Shown: in pieces, positions 58,282 to 64,000 of the stretch
Layout of the letters: each line of letters begins with the position of its first letter
Position numbering within the stretch: the first letter of the stretch is position 1
Origin: Candidatus Nezhaarchaeales archaeon
GTDB taxonomy: Archaea > Thermoproteota > Methanomethylicia > Nezhaarchaeales > WYZ-LMO8
Reading direction: 5' to 3'
Assembly: GCA_038887515.1 (NCBI GenBank)
Contig: JAWAKK010000001.1
Span: 416,001 to 480,000, forward strand
DNA: 64,000 nucleotides
Notes under the pieces: model-generated
Told to the model about the DNA's origin: nothing
Database searches by the model: none
What the model saw: the letters and a program-made list of their open reading frames with translations, nothing else
Made by a program: the position numbers and the translations under genes

Positions 58282-59661
58282 CTACCACCTCTGCTTGAAG
58301 TGGGGTATCTCTCCTCCTCGAGCAATGAAGTCTTTGGGGGTAAATCTCCCGACATCTAGAACGACAGTCTTCCCAAGTAGGCCCCCAAAGTCCACCTCGT
58401 CTCCAGGCTTTGCACCTGGTACTGGAATGAGCCTTACTCCCAAGCACTTTCCATTGATGACGCCTATCGAAAGCACGTCTGATATCAGTCCAGCGATGAC
58501 CTCAACTGGAGTATCCCCCGGTATGCAGACCATATCTAAGCCTGTTGAACATATTGAGCATGAAGCTATCAGGGTCCATATGGATGCTGAGCCTCTCTTG
58601 AAGGCTTCGGTTAAGCCTAAATCCTCGCTTCCAGGAAGCATGACTCCACTGAAGCCTCCAACATTTGTAGCTGCCATTGAGCCAGCTCTCTTTAGAGCTT
58701 CTGTGAGGAGAGCTAGTGATGTTAACGTTCCTGGAGCTCCAAAGCTCTCAATGCCCATAGCCTCAACTATGTCGGCAACCGAGTCTCCGATCTTCGGGCT
58801 GGGTGCTAATGATAGGTCTACTGTGCACAGCCTTATCCCCATTCTCCTCGCTATCTCCCTTCCGATGAATTCGCCAGCTCTCGTTATCTTGAAGACGGCT
58901 CTCTTAATCTCCTCAAGCAGCTCGGTTAAGCTCTTACCTTGACACCTAGATTTGATAGCGTGCTCAAGGACTCCTGGTCCGCTTATCGCTATGTGTAATG
59001 CGACTTCGGGCATGTTATGACCATGGTGGGCTGCTGGTAAGAAGGGGGCGTCCTCAGGCATGTTAGCAAAGACACCTAGCCTAGTACAACCGATGCCTTT
59101 AGGTGTTCTACTACTAAGCTCCTTGATTTGCTTTGAGACGTCGAGGATTGAATTAATGTTAATTCCTATCCCTGATTGAGCTGCGTTTACTGATGAGAAT
59201 AGTCTCTCAGTTGAACTTATGACTTCAGCTATGGATGAGATTACAACCATGTCGCCCGGCGTTGCCCCCCTAGCTACGTAAGCTGAAAGCCCGCCGACGT
59301 AATTAATCCCGCACTCACGAGCTATGTCATCTATCAGTGAGGAGATCTCAAGGAGCACCTTCATACCGTACTCTAAGCTAATGGAGGAGTAAGGTTCGAT
59401 GAGGATGCTTAGAGGAGTTATTGATAGTCTCTTGTTAACTATTGGGACTTGATAGCGCTCAGCAACCTCATCAACTATGCTCGCGAAGCTCGGTAATATC
59501 CTCTTAAGCTTCTTCTCTATCTTACTCATCATATTTGAGGGGTTTGAGTCTACGCAGTCCATTAAGCTTAAGCTTAGAGTAGTAGCTCTGATGTCGAACT
59601 TCAAGTACCTTATCATCTCTATGGTTTCAAGTATCTCCGATGGATGGACTACGATCGGCAT
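58282..59661 (-). CDS. DUF711/UPF0210 (PFL-like fold) protein
   Basis: ETI.MI....DIR..T, NKR.SITP, F.N...D.PF...A.HG, FKITR.G, DLSLAP and C..GLDM motifs. Confidence 0.88.
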   Translation of the reverse strand: MPIVVHPSEILETIEMIRYLKFDIRATTLSLSLMDCVDSNPSNMMSKIEKKLKRILPSFASIVDEVAERYQVPIVNKRLSITPLSILIEPYSSISLEYGMKVLLEISSLIDDIARECGINYVGGLSAYVARGATPGDMVVISSIAEVISSTERLFSSVNAAQSGIGININSILDVSKQIKELSSRTPKGIGCTRLGVFANMPEDAPFLPAAHHGHNMPEVALHIAISGPGVLEHAIKSRCQGKSLTELLEEIKRAVFKITRAGEFIGREIARRMGIRLCTVDLSLAPSPKIGDSVADIVEAMGIESFGAPGTLTSLALLTEALKRAGSMAATNVGGFSGVMLPGSEDLGLTEAFKRGSASIWTLIASCSICSTGLDMVCIPGDTPVEVIAGLISDVLSIGVINGKCLGVRLIPVPGAKPGDEVDFGGLLGKTVVLDVGRFTPKDFIARGGEIPHFKQRW

Positions 59662-59968
59662 GCATCCGTCACCACTCGATACACCAAGCCTTTGAATTTA
59701 AGCTTAAATAAAAAGGTCTTGCTCGGAGTGTGCAAGCGCTCCCTCTCGTGGAGACAATTTCGTTAGCACTTCAGAGATCTAGGAAAGAGATGACCAAAAT
59801 CCATCATACTCATGGTAATGGAACTACAGCTACTTCGGTTTAAGAAAGGAGATCGCTAAACCTTATGCTGCGATGCACCTCAAACCAGTATTGAGCAGAG
59901 AGCGATAGCGTGTTAGAACCTCTTGGCCTTGACGTTGACTTCGTAAAATTGCTTGTGCCACTCATTAT

Positions 59969-60673
59969 TTATGAAGATTGCTTTACTTGTCTTTTAAAGG
60001 TGGCTCCGTTGCTTTGAAGAAGCACAAACTCTACTATCTCCAAGACTCCATCTCCGTTGTCTCGATAAGCTATGTAGTCAGCCTTTTCCTTCAAGGATTG
60101 CTCAGCATTAGCTACAGCAGCTTTGAAGTCAGCTATCGCGAAAAGCTCTAAATCTATTTCCGAGTCTCCAATGACTATGGTGTAGCCATCAACGTTTAAA
60201 AGCTTAAACGCTTCCTTTACCCCAAGCGCCTTACTTACTCCTTCGGGGAGGACAATTACGTATCCCTTGTTGTTTCTTAAGACCGTTTTCACCTCTAGCT
60301 TCGAGATTTCGGGTTTAACTAAATCCATGTACTCAAGCTTGAAAGCTATGGTGTTTTCCTTCTCTTCGATGAATGGAAGGTGCGCTAACTTCTTCACACT
60401 TGCTACCCATCGTTCATCAGCGAAGCAGTAGTACACTCCGCTGCTTGGTATATAAACCGAGAGGCCTGCTTCAGTAACCCATGCATCGAAGATTCCTTTG
60501 AGGTCGGTTCTCTTCGATAAGTACCTTCTATCCCTACCAGTGGCGAGCACCAACGTCCAACCTTGGTTTCTTAAGCGCAACAACGACTCTTTGATGTACG
60601 GCTTTAGGGGGTCGTCGCCACCCCTTGTAAGGGTTTCGTCTAGATCCACGACTAAGATCTTACTCGACCTCAA
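59969..60673 (-). CDS. HAD-superfamily (Cof/SPP-type) phosphatase, possible glucosyl-3-phosphoglycerate phosphatase
   Basis: DLDETL, ATGR, K and GDSEID motifs; last gene of the gpgS operon. Confidence 0.8.
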   Translation of the reverse strand: MRSSKILVVDLDETLTRGGDDPLKPYIKESLLRLRNQGWTLVLATGRDRRYLSKRTDLKGIFDAWVTEAGLSVYIPSSGVYYCFADERWVASVKKLAHLPFIEEKENTIAFKLEYMDLVKPEISKLEVKTVLRNNKGYVIVLPEGVSKALGVKEAFKLLNVDGYTIVIGDSEIDLELFAIADFKAAVANAEQSLKEKADYIAYRDNGDGVLEIVEFVLLQSNGATFKRQVKQSS

Positions 60674-61406
60674 CCTCCAGCCCTCTTGAAGAGAAGCTCC
60701 TCGCCATCTTAGCTACCAGCCACCTCAGCTTCCTCACGTTAACTATTGGAATGCTTACGAGCGCTTCGACTTTGTTCTCCTTCTCGCTAATAGTTAAGAC
60801 CTCAGGTTCTCCAAACAGTTCAGGCTTTATCTCCATTAAGACCTCTTGAACAGCGTTTCTGACCTCTCCTACGCCCTTCCCATGAAAAGTTAATCTAAGC
60901 TCAACGTGCTTCACAATCGATTGCGACTTATTAATGATAGGGTTCTTCAGGAAGTATGAATTAGGTACTATTACTAGGTCACCTTCATAAGTTATGATCT
61001 CGGTATCTAATGCCTTAACAGTTCGAACAGTGCCTTCCACGTCACCGACCTTTATTTGATCTCCAACTTTAAATGGTCTCCTCAGAACTAGGTATAACTC
61101 TGAGGTCAAGTTAAGGATTACATCTCTCAAGCCAATGATCAGCAACACTACGATTATCACAGCAATTGCTGTGAGGATCGTCGTCTCTAAACTTAGAATG
61201 CTTATGGCAGCAACTACGCCTATGAATATGATGAAGTACCGAAAGATCTCAGCTACCCTCTTAGCAAATTCTGCTCCGAAGTTCGATAACACTCGTTCTA
61301 AGCTTGAGCGTGCATAGTTACTAATGAAGCATGCCAAGGCTACAGCTATAATAGCCATTACGATCCTTAAAAGGAGGTTTATCATTGGTTCTGAAAGCTC
61401 AAACAA
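60660..61406 (-). CDS. mscS: Small-conductance mechanosensitive channel (MscS family)
   Basis: Three TMs; RPFKVGD.I, G.V and VPN motifs. Confidence 0.87.
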   Translation of the reverse strand: MFELSEPMINLLLRIVMAIIAVALACFISNYARSSLERVLSNFGAEFAKRVAEIFRYFIIFIGVVAAISILSLETTILTAIAVIIVVLLIIGLRDVILNLTSELYLVLRRPFKVGDQIKVGDVEGTVRTVKALDTEIITYEGDLVIVPNSYFLKNPIINKSQSIVKHVELRLTFHGKGVGEVRNAVQEVLMEIKPELFGEPEVLTISEKENKVEALVSIPIVNVRKLRWLVAKMARSFSSRGLEVEVE

Positions 61407-61409
61407 CTC

Positions 61410-62060
61410 TTATCCCTCCACAACTCTTAATAATCTCTTAACTTTCTCCTCATATCCAACTACGTAAGCTCTCCATCCAACGTCGACCTCATCAATAGAG
61501 TTCGTTATCTCGCCTACTGGAGATACGAAGAGAGCAGCTAGGTCACGGTTCTTAGCCATCTCCTTCTTAAGTCGAGAAAGAAGTCGTCTATCACCCACCT
61601 TTATCGATACTACTTGAACTCCGGTTCTATGAAAGCTGTACAAAATGTTTACCTTGGCATCCAAGATCTCTGAAAACTCTATTGGTATCATTTTGTAGGG
61701 ATTAACTATGAAGGCTATCCCCTCTTTCAAGAAGATTTCAGCATTAAGTGGGTTGTTGATTATCGTTATTACTAGTGGAATGTTGCTCTCCTTAGCTACT
61801 TTGCAGTATCGAAGATTTAGTGAATCGCTTTCTGTAGCGGCTACGACCGCGTCTAGGATTCTCCCATTAGCTTTGATGTATCCCTCCACTTCATCGATAT
61901 CTAGCTGAATTATCTCTGCAAAGGGGAATAGCTTTGAGAGAACGTAGACCTTTTCGCTCGTAAACTCAACTATCATGAGCTTCCCGCTAAGATCTATCCT
62001 CTTAATGGTTTCCGCTGCAAAGTAGGCTGAGTGGCCCCCTCCAATTAGTAAGACCCTCAA
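61410..62060 (-). CDS. Stand-alone TrkA-N/RCK domain protein
   Basis: LIGGG Rossmann start; AAT.SD..N and G....VNP motifs. Confidence 0.78.
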   Translation of the reverse strand: MRVLLIGGGHSAYFAAETIKRIDLSGKLMIVEFTSEKVYVLSKLFPFAEIIQLDIDEVEGYIKANGRILDAVVAATESDSLNLRYCKVAKESNIPLVITIINNPLNAEIFLKEGIAFIVNPYKMIPIEFSEILDAKVNILYSFHRTGVQVVSIKVGDRRLLSRLKKEMAKNRDLAALFVSPVGEITNSIDEVDVGWRAYVVGYEEKVKRLLRVVEG

Positions 62061-62800
62061 ATGAATTCCCCATCAACTTCGGGCTTCAAGTTGAGACTCT
62101 TAACGCTCTTTAAGTACTTCTCGGCCCAGTAAGCATCTATTTTACGGTCCCTAATAGCTCTTTTCAGTATAGCTTCTGCAACCTCATAGGCCATATCCGT
62201 TAACGCGTGCAGAGGCTTCATCTCATGGTCCTTGTATCCAAGGTCCTTCTCAACGATCTTTGCTCCAAGCTTGTGAAAATCAATTAGCAAACCTACGTCC
62301 ACACCCCACCCTCTTTCAAACTCTACCTTATAGAACAATTTCCTTAATCCAGCAATCTCACCGCTTAAAGGCTGCTTGAACTTCGCCAGCTCAGGATAAA
62401 ACATCCTTAAAAGAGGTTTAGCAACTAACTCCGTAACTCTCCCAGCAGCCCTATCAAAACACCCCTTCACAAAGGCTGCCCACTCACTAATTAATGGTTC
62501 AGCTAAACTTTCAATGAAATCTGGAGTCAGGTTCTTGATGTCTACATCTAGAAAGACTAAAATATCTCCTTCCGCAAGATAAGCTCCATCCCGCATGGCT
62601 ATGCCCTTACCTGGATAAACCAAGTTGCTTTGAACTATGACCTTAGCACCCTCTTTTCTGGAAACTTCAACTGTCCCATCACTGCTACCGCCATCAACAA
62701 CTATCACTTCCATTACATGCTTTGCCTTAAAAGCTGTCTTTACAGCCCTCTTAACGTATTCCTCCCTATTCTTCACTGGAAAAATTACGGAGATCTCCAT
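62057..62800 (-). CDS. gpgS: Glucosyl-3-phosphoglycerate synthase-like glycosyltransferase
   Basis: GKG.AM, DVDI, FVKG, GRVTELVAKPLL, QPLSGE and G.GVD.GLLID motifs typical of GpgS/MpgS. Confidence 0.78.
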   Translation of the reverse strand: MEISVIFPVKNREEYVKRAVKTAFKAKHVMEVIVVDGGSSDGTVEVSRKEGAKVIVQSNLVYPGKGIAMRDGAYLAEGDILVFLDVDIKNLTPDFIESLAEPLISEWAAFVKGCFDRAAGRVTELVAKPLLRMFYPELAKFKQPLSGEIAGLRKLFYKVEFERGWGVDVGLLIDFHKLGAKIVEKDLGYKDHEMKPLHALTDMAYEVAEAILKRAIRDRKIDAYWAEKYLKSVKSLNLKPEVDGEFI

Positions 62801-62997
62801 GATAACATCCTAAATAATATTATAAGTTAGGGATACATAAATTATTACTTCAGGAAGCTCAAGTGCATGTACTAGAGTTTAGACGCACTTAACAGCATCA
62901 TCTATGTTGCCCGTAGCTTTAACTAAAAAGTCTACTGATACAAGGTTTAAATATTCATAGTCATAATTCGTGAATTTGAGGTATTGACCAGGGTGAA

Positions 62998-63375
62998 TTG
63001 ATGAAGTATCAAGAGCTGGCTTGCATCGTCTGTCCGCGTAGCTGTCTTTTGAGAGTTGTGATGAGTAATGAAAAGATCGTGGTTGAAGGCGCTAACTGTC
63101 AACGTGGTGTGGAGTATGCAGAGGAGGAAGTTTCTAATCCTAAACGAATTGTCTTCACCGTCATACCAGTTGAAGGCGGTGATCCACCCATAGTATCTGT
63201 GAAAACCACTAAGCCAATACCAAAGTTAGCTATACGTGAGCTCGTAACTAGGTTGCTTAACGTGAAGCTTAAAGCTCCGGTACTTGAAGGACAAATCGTC
63301 TTAAAGAACTTTCATGGAGCAGATGTCGTAGTAACGAGGAGATCTTTACCTACACGTTCTAGACATAACTCTTAA
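62998..63375 (+). CDS. DUF1667 CxxC protein (commonly in glycerol-3-phosphate oxidation clusters)
   Basis: CIVCP..C, G..C.RG..YA.EE..NPKR and SVKT.KPIPK motifs. Confidence 0.85.
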   Translation: MMKYQELACIVCPRSCLLRVVMSNEKIVVEGANCQRGVEYAEEEVSNPKRIVFTVIPVEGGDPPIVSVKTTKPIPKLAIRELVTRLLNVKLKAPVLEGQIVLKNFHGADVVVTRRSLPTRSRHNS

Positions 63376-63517
63376 CTTGGTAAGGCTAATTTAGCCTTTA
63401 CGTGCCTTACCTCTATGCCGGGTGTGTCAGGTGCCTATCCTATCTTTGGCATTGAAGAACTTGATGATTGCTTGGGAGAACTTACATAAGGCATAGTAAT
63501 TGATGGGTGAAGCTGTC

Positions 63518-64000
63518 ATGTACATTATGGCAATAGATAGCGGAACCACAGGTAGTCGTGTGGGGCTTTTTAATGAAGAGGGCAAGCCAGTAGCATGGTG
63601 CTATAGAGAGCATACACAAATATATCCACATCCTGGCTGGGTTGAACATAACCCCATCGAGATATGGGAGAACGTTAAGTACTGCATTAAAGAAGTTGTG
63701 GCTCAAAGCAACGTTAAGCCGAAGGAGATAGCTGGGATAGGCGTGACAAACCAAAGAGAGACTATTGTGGCTTGGAATCCAAAGACTGGTATAGTCTACG
63801 GTAATGCTTTGGTTTGGCAAGATAGGCGTACGGTGAACTACGTTGAGTACCTCAGAGAAAACTACTTAGAAATGATAAAGGAGAGAACTGGGCTCATACC
63901 GGATCCCTACTTCTCAAGCACCAAGATATGGTGGATGCTGGAAAATATTGAAAGTCTCCGTGAAAAGGCAAAAAGAGGTGAAGCGGTTTTCGGGACAATA
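63518..64000 (+). CDS. glpK: Glycerol kinase, N-terminal part; runs off the window (not in the ORF track)
   Basis: MYIMAIDSGTTGSR, YPHPGWVEHNP, GIGVTNQRET, NALVWQDRRT and DPYFSSTK motifs; GGGTGA SD. Confidence 0.93.
   Translation, partial: MYIMAIDSGTTGSRVGLFNEEGKPVAWCYREHTQIYPHPGWVEHNPIEIWENVKYCIKEVVAQSNVKPKEIAGIGVTNQRETIVAWNPKTGIVYGNALVWQDRRTVNYVEYLRENYLEMIKERTGLIPDPYFSSTKIWWMLENIESLREKAKRGEAVFGTI

Noticed and set aside
58295-58942. 215-aa plus-strand ORF, plus many similar 60-150 aa antisense ORFs (e.g. 3580-4041, 31134-31475, 50488-50850)
   Set aside because: Antisense shadows of well-supported genes, with Ser/Pro/Thr-rich composition and no motifs
59700-59960. Intergenic stretch with short ORF fragments and small hairpins
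   Set aside because: No recognisable family, RNA motif or consistent structure
63482-63820. 112-aa minus-strand ORF
   Set aside because: Antisense to glpK, which has unambiguous motifs
1-64000. CRISPR arrays, tRNA/rRNA genes, transposases, integrases
   Set aside because: No regularly spaced repeats, cloverleaf or T-loop signatures, or recombinase/transposase motifs recognised by eye; tRNAscan-SE and a CRISPR finder would confirm

Overview
Archaeal chromosomal window. The short crenarchaeal-type XPF, PhoH-KH fusion, tetraether lipid synthase, archaemetzincin, NreA, AOR and Hdr/Fwd modules point by inference to an anaerobic TACK/Thermoproteota lineage such as Nezhaarchaeales, Methanomethylicia or Culexarchaeia. 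It holds about 60 mostly housekeeping or metabolic genes. I saw no rRNA, tRNA, CRISPR array, transposase or integrase. Highlights: (1) a ~110-nt, GC-rich, multi-hairpin 5' leader ahead of a preQ0 transporter (YhhQ-like)-queC operon, with a kissing-loop complement and mutually exclusive SD/start-sequestering hairpins, which is a candidate archaeal 7-deazaguanine riboswitch; (2) a hybrid fwdG-fwdB-hdrA/mvhD-fwdF-(fwdD)-hdrC-hdrB cluster lacking fwdA/fwdC, in which fwdD lies on the opposite strand between imperfect inverted repeats whose inversion would restore it in frame within the operon; (3) a box C/D sRNA candidate; (4) a gpgS-RCK-mscS-HAD osmolyte operon; (5) an unannotated microprotein-SSS-acyl-CoA ligase operon; (6) two adjacent transporter pseudogenes. 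All calls come from reading motifs by eye; no database searches or folding programs were run.
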